This document shows positions 38,761-49,073 of a DNA stretch of 64,000 nt, in pieces. The translations under genes and the position numbers were made by a program. The first letter of the stretch is position 1. Each line of letters opens with the position of its first letter. Origin of the DNA: Dehalococcoidia bacterium (lineage in GTDB: Bacteria > Chloroflexota > Dehalococcoidia > Lucifugimonadales > UBA826); assembly GCA_029936675.1 (NCBI GenBank), contig JAPYSB010000002.1:194294-258293 (forward strand), written 5' to 3'. The notes below the pieces were generated by a model, which searched no databases, was not told the origin of the DNA, and saw only the letters and a list, made by a program, of their open reading frames with translations.

Positions 38761-39534
38761 ATGCCAACTCAGTATCCAATTGACCCTAGAGAAAACTTTC
38801 CACTGCCTGAAGCGGAAATATTAAATTTGGAACCTACCGAAGCTTTAGCACCTTTGACAAAAGGGGAAGTCATCGGTGGTCACACTATGCCTTGGGGCTC
38901 CAATTATACTTTTCTGCTTTGGGTCACTGCTGGGGAAAATCAATGTGTGAGGGCTATTTATAAGCCTAGAGAGGGTGAAAAACCACTCCGGGATTTTCCC
39001 GCCGGCACCTTATATAAAAGAGAACAAGCCGCATATGAAGTTAGTAAACTATTAGGCTGGCCTAAGATCCCACTGACCATAATAAGAGATGGCCCGTATG
39101 GTGTAGGTTCCATGCAACTCTATCTGGATTGCGACCCTCGTATCACATATTTCGATATGAGAGATGACTTCCCTGATGGCCTGTTCCCTTTAGCAGTATT
39201 TGACCTACTGGTTAATAATGCAGACAGAAAAGCTGGGCATTGCTTACTTGACGAGGTTAAAAATATATGGTCCATTGATCATGGTTTGACTTTCCACACA
39301 GCATTCAAAATGCGTACCGTGATGATGGAATATTGTGGTCAGGAAATACCTCCAAGCCTCATAGCCGATATGAAAAATTTAAGAACCCATTTAAATGAAG
39401 ACTATAATTCACTAGGATTGCTAATCAGCGCTGAAGAAATAAAGGCATTGGCCACAAGGCTGGATCGAATTATTGAAAATCCTATCATGCCCATTCTGGA
39501 TCCTAATGTGAACATACCGTGGCCATTGGTGTAA
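38761..39534 (+). CDS. SCO1664 family protein (PI3/PI4-kinase-like fold, probable kinase)
   Basis: AIYKPREGEKPLRDFP, LVNNADRKAGHCLL and SIDHGLTFH (kinase catalytic-loop / DFG-like elements). Immediately follows DUF3090. Confidence 0.7.
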   Translation: MPTQYPIDPRENFPLPEAEILNLEPTEALAPLTKGEVIGGHTMPWGSNYTFLLWVTAGENQCVRAIYKPREGEKPLRDFPAGTLYKREQAAYEVSKLLGWPKIPLTIIRDGPYGVGSMQLYLDCDPRITYFDMRDDFPDGLFPLAVFDLLVNNADRKAGHCLLDEVKNIWSIDHGLTFHTAFKMRTVMMEYCGQEIPPSLIADMKNLRTHLNEDYNSLGLLISAEEIKALATRLDRIIENPIMPILDPNVNIPWPLV

Positions 39535-39634
39535 CAGAAATACCTTTATTTAAAAATAGCCTAGGTTGAATCTCACGGCCAAGTTGCTGATAATTTCCGC
39601 TAGACACTAGAATACCTAAGTCGTTTTTATAAAT

Positions 39635-39724
39635 GGAGGGTTGGCAGAGTGGACGAATGCACCAGTCTTGAAAACTGGCATATCCTAACGGGTATCGTGG
39701 GTTCGAATCCCACACCCTCCGCCA
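39635..39724 (+). tRNA. tRNA-Ser (anticodon UGA), type II with long variable arm, CCA encoded
   Basis: Acceptor GGAGGGT/ACCCTCC, D stem GCA/TGC, anticodon stem CCAGT/ACTGG with loop CTTGAAA, variable arm ATATCC..GGGTAT, T arm GTGGG-TTCGAAT-CCCAC, then G-CCA. Confidence 0.92.
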
Positions 39725-39768
39725 TTTTCGTTACTTTTAAATAGCGCGTCTTATTAGGGAAAACAAAA

Positions 39769-40926
39769 ATGAAACTCCATGAATATCAGGCAAAAGAGAT
39801 CCTTGGAAGATACGGAGTACCCACTCCAAAAAGTCGGCTTGCCAGAACAGGAAGCCAAGCCGCAACAGCAGCATTTGAGATGGGCGGTACCGTGGTAGTT
39901 AAGGCCCAAGTACACGCAGGAGGGAGAGGAAAAGGTGGTGGCGTTAAAATTGTGGACTCCCCTGGGGAAGCGGAACAGGCAGCTGAAAAAATGATCGGAA
40001 CAAACCTTGTCACTTTTCAGACTGGGCCGGAAGGTGTACCCGTCAACAGCGTGCTTATAGAAGAGGGTCTTGAAATAGAAAACGAACTCTATTTGGGCAT
40101 GGTGATAGATGGAGCTTCAAAAGGGGTAGTTGTCATTGCTAGCGAAGCTGGAGGCATGAACATAGAAGAGGTAGCAGAAACTTCCCCGGAAAAAATACTC
40201 CAAATCCCCATTGATCCAGTATTGGGTCTCCAGCCATTTCAAGGCAGGAGAATAGCTTATGGGCTAAACCTAGATCAAGAACATATTCGTCCGGTTACCA
40301 GCTTAGTACAAAACCTATACCGAGCATTTATTGAAACGGATGCCTCTTTGGTGGAAATAAACCCTCTCGTCATTACAAAAGATGGAAAAGTGCTGGCAGC
40401 AGATGCAAAATTGGACATTGATGATGATGCGATCTTTAGGCATAAAGACATACAGGAAATGAGAGACATTTCTCAAGAGGATCCTCTAGAAGTAGAAGCG
40501 CGTTCTTCAGATATAAATTATGTGAAATTAGAAGGAACCGTCGGCTGCATCGTCAATGGGGCCGGCCTTGCAATGGCCACAATGGATGTGACCAGTTCAG
40601 CCGGAGCTTCGCCCTCAAACTTTTTGGATATAGGCGGAGGTGCAGACGAGGAAAAAGTAGCCAAAGCCCTGAACCTAGTATTATCGGATCAGAGTGTTAA
40701 GGCTGTTCTTGTTAACCTCTTCGGTGGGATTTTGCGTTGTGACATAGCTGCGAGAGGGTTTTTATTAGCAGCTGAACAACAGCCCGATAAAGTGAGGCCA
40801 ATGGTAGTGAGAATGCTTGGAACCAATTCAGATGAAGGAAGGGAAATCCTTTCTAAATCCAGTCTAAATGTACTTCTGGTGGATACCTTAGGAGAAGCCG
40901 CAGCTGAAATTAAAAAGCTTGCATAA
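39769..40926 (+). CDS. sucC: succinate--CoA ligase (ADP-forming) beta subunit
   Basis: [20 protein letters not shown]..., ATP-grasp and C-terminal ligase-CoA domain. 385 aa. Confidence 0.95.
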   Translation: MKLHEYQAKEILGRYGVPTPKSRLARTGSQAATAAFEMGGTVVVKAQVHAGGRGKGGGVKIVDSPGEAEQAAEKMIGTNLVTFQTGPEGVPVNSVLIEEGLEIENELYLGMVIDGASKGVVVIASEAGGMNIEEVAETSPEKILQIPIDPVLGLQPFQGRRIAYGLNLDQEHIRPVTSLVQNLYRAFIETDASLVEINPLVITKDGKVLAADAKLDIDDDAIFRHKDIQEMRDISQEDPLEVEARSSDINYVKLEGTVGCIVNGAGLAMATMDVTSSAGASPSNFLDIGGGADEEKVAKALNLVLSDQSVKAVLVNLFGGILRCDIAARGFLLAAEQQPDKVRPMVVRMLGTNSDEGREILSKSSLNVLLVDTLGEAAAEIKKLA

Positions 40927-40976
40927 ATCATGCGCTACTAACATACACATTTAAGCCAGTTTATAGGAACAAATAC

Positions 40977-41852
40977 ATGAGTATTCTCGTAGGTAAATCA
41001 ACCAGGCTACTAGTACAAGGGATTACCGGAAAAGAAGGTAGTTATCACGCACAAAGATCAGCCGAGTATGGTGCAAATCTGGTAGCAGGGGTGACTCCCG
41101 GAAAAGGTGGGCAGAATTTTAATGCGACAGTTCCTGTCTATAACACAGTCCAGCAGGCGGTGGGCGAAACTTCTGCCAATGCCTCCTTAATTTTTGTCCC
41201 ACCCGCATTCGCGGCAGACGCGATTGTCGAATCCATAGATGCTGGCATAAAAGTAATCGCCTGTATAACTGAAGGTATCCCAGTCCAAGATACCATAAAG
41301 GTAGTCAGGTACCTTAAAGACAAAGAAGTCACCCTAATTGGACCCAATTGCCCTGGAATTATCTCTCCCGGAGAAAACTTCAAAATGGGGATCATGCCAG
41401 GCCACATCCACCTCCCCGGTCGAACTGGTGTTGTCTCGAGAAGTGGCACCTTAACATATGAAGCAGTCGGGCAGTTGACTCAACTAGGCATTGGCCAATC
41501 AACATGTGTGGGAATTGGCGGAGACCCTGTATCTGGAGTGACTTTCGTCGATATTTTAGAAAAATTTGAGAATGACCCTGATACAGATAACGTGGTTATG
41601 ATAGGGGAGATTGGCGGCACAAAAGAACAAGAGGCTGCAGAATACATTAAAAGCGAATTCAATAAACCGATTGCCGCCTTAATAGTAGGACAAAGTGCTC
41701 CTCAAGGAAAACGAATGGGCCACGCTGGAGCTATCATCACAGGTTCAGCCGGAAAGGCCGAGGAAAAACAGAATGCCCTCTCCGCTGCCGGAGTTTCCAT
41801 AATCCCAGGCCCCGGTTCAATTGGAGACATTCTTAAAGAATTGATTTCCTGA
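40977..41852 (+). CDS. sucD: succinate--CoA ligase alpha subunit
   Basis: [21 protein letters not shown], and the MGHAGAII phosphohistidine loop. Confidence 0.95.
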   Translation: MSILVGKSTRLLVQGITGKEGSYHAQRSAEYGANLVAGVTPGKGGQNFNATVPVYNTVQQAVGETSANASLIFVPPAFAADAIVESIDAGIKVIACITEGIPVQDTIKVVRYLKDKEVTLIGPNCPGIISPGENFKMGIMPGHIHLPGRTGVVSRSGTLTYEAVGQLTQLGIGQSTCVGIGGDPVSGVTFVDILEKFENDPDTDNVVMIGEIGGTKEQEAAEYIKSEFNKPIAALIVGQSAPQGKRMGHAGAIITGSAGKAEEKQNALSAAGVSIIPGPGSIGDILKELIS

Positions 41853-41868
41853 TATTTTATTCGTACTC

Positions 41869-41900
41869 ATGTTCTAATTTCCTATTTTTTATTAGAACAT
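41869..41900. promoter_or_regulatory. perfect 10-bp inverted repeat ATGTTCTAAT-N12-ATTAGAACAT, either the sucCD intrinsic terminator or a recA operator
   Basis: Read directly from the sequence. It starts 17 nt after the sucD stop and ends 88 nt before the recA start. A T-rich tail (TTTGTATTTACTTT) follows. It contains GTTC/GAAC half sites. Confidence 0.45.
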
Positions 41901-41987
41901 TTGTATTTACTTTGCAAGATCCCTATGCTAACCTTTTCGTAAATACCCATATGTATAGCTCATGCATTCAAACATCTCAGGAGATTC

Positions 41988-43049
41988 TTGATGGACAAAA
42001 AGGAAAAAACGAAAGCATTGGAACTAGCCATCAGCCAAATAGATAAACATTTTGGCAAAGGCGCCGTAATGAAATTAGGTGATGCTCAAGATGTGACAAT
42101 AGATTCCATTTCAACAGGCTCACCTTCTCTCGATGCTGGCCTTGGTATAGGCGGAATACCTAAAGGTCGAGTTACTGAAGTGTACGGAGCAGAATCATCT
42201 GGGAAATCAACTCTCACATATCATGTTATGGCCTCTGCACAAAGAGATGGGGGCACAGCTGCCTACATAGATGCAGAGCATGCTTTAGACCCTAGTTACG
42301 CTGCCCGCTGTGGCGTCGACACTGAGAATCTCTTAGTTTCTCAACCCGACACCGCAGAACAAGCTTTGGAGATATGCGAATACCTTGTCCGCAGTAGTGC
42401 AGTAGATGTGGTGGTCATTGACAGCGTTGCTGCTATGGTGCCAAAGGCTGAATTAGAAGGAGATATGGGCGATTCCCACATAGGGCTACAGGCACGATTA
42501 ATGTCCCAAGGGCTTCGCAAATTAACTTCATCCATAAGCAAATCAAACACTGCGGTTGTCTTTATAAACCAAATTAGAGAAAAGGTTGGTGTTTTCTGGG
42601 GAAGTCCAGAAACAACACCTGGTGGACGAGCACTTAAGTTCTATAGTTCCGTCCGAATTGATCTTAGAAAAATAGAATCTTTAAAGCAGGGAACTGAAAT
42701 AGTGGGAAACCGTGTCCGTGCTAGAGTTGTGAAAAATAAATTGGCTGCTCCATTTAAAACAGCTGAGTTTGATATTATGTTCAACGAGGGCATAAGTAGG
42801 GAAGGCGATTTACTAGATTTAGCTGTTGAACACTCTATCGTGAAAAAAAGTGGGGCTTTCTATTCTTTTGGGGAAATCCAAATAGGCCGTGGAAGAGAAA
42901 GTGCTAGAACATTCCTTAAAGAAAATCCGGTTTTAACTGATGAAATTAATGAAATGGTCAAGGCAGCATTAAATCCAGAACCCATGGATGATTTAATCGT
43001 ACCTTTGGATGATCTTGGAAGTGACGAAGAAGTAAACAAAGCTATATAA
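41988..43049 (+). CDS. recA: recombinase RecA
   Basis: [22 protein letters not shown], Walker [10 protein letters not shown] and [14 protein letters not shown] 41988 or ATG 41991. Confidence 0.96.
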   Translation: MMDKKEKTKALELAISQIDKHFGKGAVMKLGDAQDVTIDSISTGSPSLDAGLGIGGIPKGRVTEVYGAESSGKSTLTYHVMASAQRDGGTAAYIDAEHALDPSYAARCGVDTENLLVSQPDTAEQALEICEYLVRSSAVDVVVIDSVAAMVPKAELEGDMGDSHIGLQARLMSQGLRKLTSSISKSNTAVVFINQIREKVGVFWGSPETTPGGRALKFYSSVRIDLRKIESLKQGTEIVGNRVRARVVKNKLAAPFKTAEFDIMFNEGISREGDLLDLAVEHSIVKKSGAFYSFGEIQIGRGRESARTFLKENPVLTDEINEMVKAALNPEPMDDLIVPLDDLGSDEEVNKAI

Positions 43050-43062
43050 GTAGGGGTTTGTC

Positions 43063-43635
43063 TTGAAAATTATCGAACTGCCTGAAAATTTAAACGGTTC
43101 TAATCAAAATATTCAATCAGAGCCATCTAATTTTTTTCAGAATGGCAAAGACCTAGAAAATGCCAACAGTGTATCCAGACGATTCATATCATATCGGCCT
43201 AGAAGTGAGGGTGAGTTACGAATACGATTACTGAAAATATACTCCCATGAGGTAGTTTCGGAATCTGTTGCCCAAATGTATAGAGAAGGCTTACTTAATG
43301 ATCAAAGGTTCGCTCAAATGTGGGTTGATAGCAGGCAGCAATCCCGGCCGAAAAGCAGGAAATCTATTAAGCAAGAATTGCTTTCAAAAGGAATTTCAGA
43401 ACATCTTGCAGAAAAATCGGTTTCACAGCTAAGCGATATTGACAGTGCGGTATTGTGCGCTAATAAGAAAGCTAGATCGCTAAGTAGGCTTGGGAAAGAC
43501 GACTTTTATAAAAAACTGGAAGGTTATTTACGAAGAAGAGGTTTCAGTTTTTCTATCTCACGTACAGTTATATCAGAAGCGTGGGATCTCAATCAATCTT
43601 CTTTTCAAAACACCGCCGACGCAATCAATCTATAA
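43063..43635 (+). CDS. recX: regulatory protein RecX
   Basis: 190-aa helical-repeat protein immediately downstream of recA (LNDQRFAQMWVDSR, ...KLEGYLRRRGFS). Confidence 0.72.
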   Translation: MKIIELPENLNGSNQNIQSEPSNFFQNGKDLENANSVSRRFISYRPRSEGELRIRLLKIYSHEVVSESVAQMYREGLLNDQRFAQMWVDSRQQSRPKSRKSIKQELLSKGISEHLAEKSVSQLSDIDSAVLCANKKARSLSRLGKDDFYKKLEGYLRRRGFSFSISRTVISEAWDLNQSSFQNTADAINL

Positions 43636-43682
43636 TTATCTCCATGATCTGTCCGGTGTTACGTAGATATTGGAGGTAGTCT

Positions 43683-45008
43683 TTGCCGACCGACACAGTT
43701 GTGAGCATAGTACTGATGGGGGTATTTCTTCTTCTGTCTGCCTTCTTTTCAAGTTCAGAAGCTGCTTTTTTATCTCTTCAAAGAACACGTCTGAATTATT
43801 TAGTAACTAACAACGTGCCCGGTGCGAAACGTGTTTACGATATGGTGACTAACACAGAAAGATTACTTTCAACCATATTACTAGGCAACAATTTAGTGAA
43901 TGTTGCCTTTACAGCAGTGGTCACAGCCCTAGCTTTCACTTGGTTAGATGAAGGTCCCCTTGCTGTGGCTGCGGCCACAATAGTAGGTACAGGGTTACTG
44001 CTCATTTTTGGAGAAATAATCCCTAAAAGTCTCGCTGTTAAAAAATCAGAACGAGTGTCATTCCTATACGCGAGGCCTCTAAAATTAATAGAACTCTCTC
44101 TCTATCCCATGATTCTATTCCTCCAATGGTTATCAAGGACCACCCAATCTATTTTTGGACAGGAACAAGAATCAGAAGATACGGTGACAGAAGGCGAGAT
44201 TTTATCGATGATAGATCTTGGTGAGGCTGGAGGTACCGTAGAGCCAAATGAAGCGGAAATGCTAGAAAATGTTTTCCGATTTGGAGACACCCAAGTCAGG
44301 GAGATAATGACCCCGCGAACCGAAATTATTGTTATGGAACGAAGTACCACCCTTAACGACTTCCTAAATATTTACTCTGAACACTCTCACACACGATTTC
44401 CGATTTATAAGGACACAAACGAAAATATCGTAGGAATTATTTCTGCCAAAGACGTGTTAAGGATTTTATCGACCAAAGGAATAAATCGAAATGATTCTGT
44501 AACTGATATTATTCGAGATGCCCATTTTGTTCCAGAAACAAAATGGGCATCAGAACTGTTTGAAGAGTTACGACACGCTGGTAACCAAATGGCAATCTGC
44601 CTTGACGAATATGGTGGTCTTGCCGGCCTTGTAACGCTAAAAAGACTAACAGAACTCATAGTCGGTAAGGTTGGTGAAGAGGGTGAATCTCCAGAAATTG
44701 AATACGAAAACATCCGGCCTAACGTTTTCCAGATTGAAGGTGGAATGGATATAACGGAAGCCAACAACGAGATGGATTTAGAACTACCGGAAGGCGAATA
44801 CGAAACAATAGCTGGTTTTGTACTTGATCAGATAGGTGAAATACCTGTGATACATGATGAGTTTGAATATGGAGATTTGACCTTTCGTATATTAGAAATG
44901 GATCGATTCCGGGTTGAGTCTCTATTAATCACAAGAAATCAGAACCCACCGAAAACACCAAAAGATTCTAAATCGGACAAGATGCACGATGCAGATAATA
45001 CTAGTTAG
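43683..45008 (+). CDS. hemolysin-family/CNNM transporter-like protein (DUF21 + CBS pair + CorC_HlyC)
   Basis: N-terminal 4-TM DUF21 (LSAFFSSSEAAF...GEIIPKS), a CBS pair (VREIMTPR...) and a C-terminal CorC domain (ETIAGFVLDQIGEIP). Confidence 0.85.
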   Translation: MPTDTVVSIVLMGVFLLLSAFFSSSEAAFLSLQRTRLNYLVTNNVPGAKRVYDMVTNTERLLSTILLGNNLVNVAFTAVVTALAFTWLDEGPLAVAAATIVGTGLLLIFGEIIPKSLAVKKSERVSFLYARPLKLIELSLYPMILFLQWLSRTTQSIFGQEQESEDTVTEGEILSMIDLGEAGGTVEPNEAEMLENVFRFGDTQVREIMTPRTEIIVMERSTTLNDFLNIYSEHSHTRFPIYKDTNENIVGIISAKDVLRILSTKGINRNDSVTDIIRDAHFVPETKWASELFEELRHAGNQMAICLDEYGGLAGLVTLKRLTELIVGKVGEEGESPEIEYENIRPNVFQIEGGMDITEANNEMDLELPEGEYETIAGFVLDQIGEIPVIHDEFEYGDLTFRILEMDRFRVESLLITRNQNPPKTPKDSKSDKMHDADNTS

Positions 45009-45603
45009 ACACGGTGAAACAATAGCCAATAAAGCACAACTAGTTCTCGGAACAAGTGACGTACCGTTAACGGAATTAGGAAGAAATCAAGCCAAAGCAG
45101 CCGCACAAAAAATATCTTTAATGGAGCCTTCTCCTACTACCTTATTTTCGAGTCCTTACCAAAGAGCTAAGGAGACTGCTGGGTACATTTCTAATGTCAC
45201 CGGCCTAACTCCTATCTTTATTGATGGCTTAAAGGAGATGAATTCTGGTGAAATGGAGGGTATAAAAGCCTCAGAGATGAATGATAAATATCCAGATTAT
45301 ATGAAGAACTGGAGGCGTGACCACTCTACTGCTAGGCCCCCTGGTGGGGAAACTCTCGGAGAGGTGCATTTAAGAGCTTGGAAATCCATTCTAAATATTT
45401 TTGATGAGTATAACGAATCCTTGGTCGTTGTGGTGGCTCATCTTTTCCCTATACAGGGCATACTTTGCAATGTGCTAGGAATTAAGTCCAACAACTTTGA
45501 AAAGCTAATGATTGATTTAGGCTCATTATCATCTATTGAGATTCAAGATAACTCATATCGCCTAATTAGAATGAACGATATATCTCCCATTAACAGACTC
45601 TAA
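44989..45603 (+). CDS. histidine phosphatase family protein (phosphoglycerate-mutase-like)
   Basis: IILVRHGET...LTELGRNQA catalytic RHG motif and a later VVVAH motif. Overlaps the upstream gene by 20 nt. Confidence 0.8.
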   Translation: MQIILVRHGETIANKAQLVLGTSDVPLTELGRNQAKAAAQKISLMEPSPTTLFSSPYQRAKETAGYISNVTGLTPIFIDGLKEMNSGEMEGIKASEMNDKYPDYMKNWRRDHSTARPPGGETLGEVHLRAWKSILNIFDEYNESLVVVVAHLFPIQGILCNVLGIKSNNFEKLMIDLGSLSSIEIQDNSYRLIRMNDISPINRL

Positions 45604-45621
45604 AAACCCCTTTCAAAGGCG

Positions 45622-47055
45622 GTGGGTATGAAACCGGTATCACTTCGGGAAACCATTATAAATTCAGTACATAGCCACGGTCTTTCAGGTCGGGCCCTTT
45701 CTCTTGCGGTTTCTGGTGGACCTGATTCTATGGCAATGGCTCACGTTTTAATTACAAATAACCGCGAGGTGAATGCTGAGATTGAAATTCTTCATTTCAA
45801 TCATCAAATCAGAGGCAAGGAAGCAAAATCAGACTCCGATTTCGTAAAGAACTTCTTTGAGTCGTTAGATGTTCCGACTTTTGTATCTGAAGGAAATATC
45901 CTAGCACTCTCTAAGAAAAAAAAGCTGTCATTAGAAACCGCCGCTCGTACTGCAAGATATGAATTCTTTGCAACCCACATCTGCGAAAATAAAAGAAATT
46001 CGGTACTCACTTTAGGACATAATTTTGATGACCAAGCCGAAACTATACTAATGCATACTATCAGGGGCTCTGGTATAAACGGGCTTCGGGGCATGGCTGA
46101 GTTTTCAACTCAAACAATTCAAGGATTGAATTTAAACCTATTCCGACCACTGCTTTCAGTTAACCGAGAGTCTATACTCAAATATTGTGAGGATTACAAT
46201 ATTCCATGGAAAGCAGACAGTACAAATTTTTCGACAGAATACACTCGGAATTCAATCCGATTAGAATTAATTCCGTTTTTAAAGAAATATAATCCGGAAA
46301 TATCTAAATCTCTTGTTAAATTAGGAAATTTAGCTACGAGAGACCATGATTACATAGAATTAAAAATAGAAGAAATATGGCCTTCCATTGCCACGACATC
46401 AAACGGAGCCATTGTACTCAGCATAAGTCGACTTCAGCAGTTAGATGCTTCTTTGGTATGGAGAATTCTTAAAAAAGCCGCCACAAACATAAAAGGTGAT
46501 GACCAAAACATGACCTATACCCACATCGAATTGATGCTGGATATAACCAAGGGGGTTTCAGGACGCTCCGTTAATCTTCCGGGAAAGGTCATTGCAATTA
46601 AAAGTTATGACAATCTTTTAGTATTCAAATCCGACAGCGACTTCTTGCCCTCCTCCTTTTCGAATCACCCCACAGTAATAACGACTCCAGGAAACACTGA
46701 AACCGAGCGTTGGAAATTAGTGTCATCTTTGAAACCCCGTAATTGTTCTTCCGAGAAAAATGACTCAAAAAAGAACATGTCAACGTTTCTAAATAAAGAC
46801 TTGATGAAGGAATCAATATGGGTTCGTTCTCGAAATCCAGGAGATGTGTTTCAGCCATCCGGAATGAAAAACACTAAGAAATTACAAGATTTCATGGTAG
46901 ATTCAAAAATACCGCGAATAGACAGAGATTCTGTTCCATTAATAGTTTCAAATAAGGGAATCGCAGCAGTAGTAGGTTGGAGGGTAGCCGAGTGGGCGGT
47001 TCCATCAAAAAATGAGGATTGCCTTTATATCGAATTTGACTGTGAAACCCTTTGA
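45622..47055 (+). CDS. tilS: tRNA(Ile)-lysidine synthetase
   Basis: PP-loop VSGGPDSMAM, LGHNFDDQAET, and a C-terminal TilS substrate-binding domain. Confidence 0.87.
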   Translation: MGMKPVSLRETIINSVHSHGLSGRALSLAVSGGPDSMAMAHVLITNNREVNAEIEILHFNHQIRGKEAKSDSDFVKNFFESLDVPTFVSEGNILALSKKKKLSLETAARTARYEFFATHICENKRNSVLTLGHNFDDQAETILMHTIRGSGINGLRGMAEFSTQTIQGLNLNLFRPLLSVNRESILKYCEDYNIPWKADSTNFSTEYTRNSIRLELIPFLKKYNPEISKSLVKLGNLATRDHDYIELKIEEIWPSIATTSNGAIVLSISRLQQLDASLVWRILKKAATNIKGDDQNMTYTHIELMLDITKGVSGRSVNLPGKVIAIKSYDNLLVFKSDSDFLPSSFSNHPTVITTPGNTETERWKLVSSLKPRNCSSEKNDSKKNMSTFLNKDLMKESIWVRSRNPGDVFQPSGMKNTKKLQDFMVDSKIPRIDRDSVPLIVSNKGIAAVVGWRVAEWAVPSKNEDCLYIEFDCETL

Positions 47056-47128
47056 AGCCGGTCGCTTAGTACCGCCTATTTTCAAATTATTTCTTCACAG
47101 AAACAAGGCCTATTAGCTCAGCTCAAAC

Positions 47129-48160
47129 TTAAAGAATTCTATCCAGGCGATTTCCGTCAAGTCGACCTGGAACACGACCTCTTTTAGCAACAGGTTTATC
47201 TTCTATTTCAAGAATATCCGCCCGAAATTCATTCGGGGCAGCAGAGGAAATGTAACTACCGACTAAATATCCATTAACCGGCGCGTTCGTCTCTTGGAAC
47301 TCCTGGATTTTTTCGGGAGTAAATCCGCCACTTACGTATATTTCCACATGTTTGAAGTTCATATGGTCAAGTCGATTTCGAATTTCCTTCACTAACATTG
47401 GAGTGACGCCTCCCCTTTCGGAAGGTGTATCCAACCTTACTCCCCTGAGGCGGTCCCTGAGAGCTTCCGCAACATTTAAAGATTCTTCTGCTTCATCTTT
47501 AAAAGTATCAACTACCACTATCCGTTGAGTTTCCATACCAATATGTTTGTCAAATGCCTGGGCCGCAGCAACTGTATCGCCAAACAATAAAGGTAAGCTG
47601 TGAGGCATGTTCCCAAGTGGATTTCTTCCTGCGTGTTTGGACCCTAAAATGGTAGAGACAGATGAACAGCCACCTACAACCGAAGCGTAGTCAAGTATAT
47701 GGGCCACGTTGGGATGTATATGCCGGGCGCCATAAGCTATTATGGTCGTCTCTCCAGCCGCCTCAACACATTCCTTGGAGGCAGTGGCCCATCCACTAGA
47801 CGACGAAAGCATACCCAATAGACTAGTTTCGTAAAGGCCGAATGAAGCATATTTCGCTATGACTCGCAACACAGGTTCCCCTGCTTCAAATTTTTCACCT
47901 TCTTCCATCGCCCAAACTTGTACAATATCTCCACCATTATGTGCCTGTCTATCCTGTTCAACCTTGGGTAGTACATTTAAAAGTAGAGCTTTGGCTTCTC
48001 CGACTCCACATAAAACTCCAGGATTAGGGGTTGAAAAATCCATTAACACCTTAGGATTTAGAGACTCCAGACGCATCACTTCTTTGGTCCAATGTAAATA
48101 TGCGTCAGCAGGATCACCTTTGATTAGAGAGGGTCTTATATCAAATTGAGGTGTTGTCAT
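47129..48160 (-). CDS. nicotinate phosphoribosyltransferase family protein (archaeal-type NAPRTase/COG1488-like)
   Basis: Type II PRTase pattern: FGLYETSLLGML, YGARHIHP, GNMPHSL, VVVDTFKDE, VRLDTPSERGG, IYVSGGFTPEKI. Confidence 0.68.
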   Translation of the reverse strand: MTTPQFDIRPSLIKGDPADAYLHWTKEVMRLESLNPKVLMDFSTPNPGVLCGVGEAKALLLNVLPKVEQDRQAHNGGDIVQVWAMEEGEKFEAGEPVLRVIAKYASFGLYETSLLGMLSSSSGWATASKECVEAAGETTIIAYGARHIHPNVAHILDYASVVGGCSSVSTILGSKHAGRNPLGNMPHSLPLLFGDTVAAAQAFDKHIGMETQRIVVVDTFKDEAEESLNVAEALRDRLRGVRLDTPSERGGVTPMLVKEIRNRLDHMNFKHVEIYVSGGFTPEKIQEFQETNAPVNGYLVGSYISSAAPNEFRADILEIEDKPVAKRGRVPGRLDGNRLDRIL

Positions 48161-48290
48161 TGGGCAGGCCTACAGCACAGTAAGAAAGCTTTTCCTCTGT
48201 TCCTAATTGTATGATTTACCTGTTTTCACTAACAGTAGAATTTGTGGGTCTTCAATTGTACTCTCGCGGGTCTACCATAGCAATCTGGTG

Positions 48291-49049
48291 TCATGATTTA
48301 TTGCATTTAATCAATTTTCGAACTTCAGATAAATCTCGAAATCTAAGTCTAAATAAGCCTTTTATATCTTCAAACGCAGTCTTCAGTATATTAACTCTAG
48401 AATCTGGATCATCCACCCACTTCACGGGGATTTCTAAAACCGGATATCCGGTTTTCTCGGCTAATATCAAAAGTTCAGTATCAAAAAACCAACCATTATT
48501 TTTTGTAAGCGGGACAACCTCTTGGGCCACTTGTCTAGATATAGCTTTAAAGCCACATTGAGCATCTTTAAACGAGACAAAAAACATAATTCTAAAAAGA
48601 ATACTGTAGCACCGTGAGATAAATTCTCTTTTAAAAGATCTTCCCACTACTTTAGAGCCAGAAATTAATCTAGAACCGATAGCAATCTGAAATTTTGAAC
48701 CGCTGAGTGATTCTAAGAGCTGGGGTAAGCAATTTAAATCTGTGGAAAGATCCACATCCATGTAAGCCAGTATCGCTGCTTCGCTCTGGGACCACGCCAT
48801 TTTTAGTGCCCTCCCCCTACCTCTCTCTTCCAACCGTATAAACCGAACTCTGGAATACTGTTCAGATAACATCTCAGCAATCTGCAAAGTCTGATCAGTG
48901 GATCCATTGTCAGCCACTGTAATAAACCAATCATAATGTTCTATATTATGCTGGCAAAATGAAACAAGGGTATGAACGCTGTTCTCTAATGCCTTTTCCT
49001 CGTTAAGTACAGGTATCACAATATCTAAAGAATTTGAAAATCCGCTCAA
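48291..49049 (-). CDS. family 2 glycosyltransferase (polyprenyl-phosphate sugar synthase-like)
   Basis: IVIPVLNEE, VADNGSTD and YMDVDLSTD (the DxD region), typical of GT2. Confidence 0.8.
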   Translation of the reverse strand: MSGFSNSLDIVIPVLNEEKALENSVHTLVSFCQHNIEHYDWFITVADNGSTDQTLQIAEMLSEQYSRVRFIRLEERGRGRALKMAWSQSEAAILAYMDVDLSTDLNCLPQLLESLSGSKFQIAIGSRLISGSKVVGRSFKREFISRCYSILFRIMFFVSFKDAQCGFKAISRQVAQEVVPLTKNNGWFFDTELLILAEKTGYPVLEIPVKWVDDPDSRVNILKTAFEDIKGLFRLRFRDLSEVRKLIKCNKS

Positions 49050-49073
49050 AATATTCCTCTAGAGGGTCATTGG

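Noticed and set aside
39503-39715. 70-aa minus-strand ORF
   Set aside because: It runs antisense through a well-folded tRNA-Ser(UGA) gene (39635-39724) and the end of the SCO1664-family gene. It is spurious.
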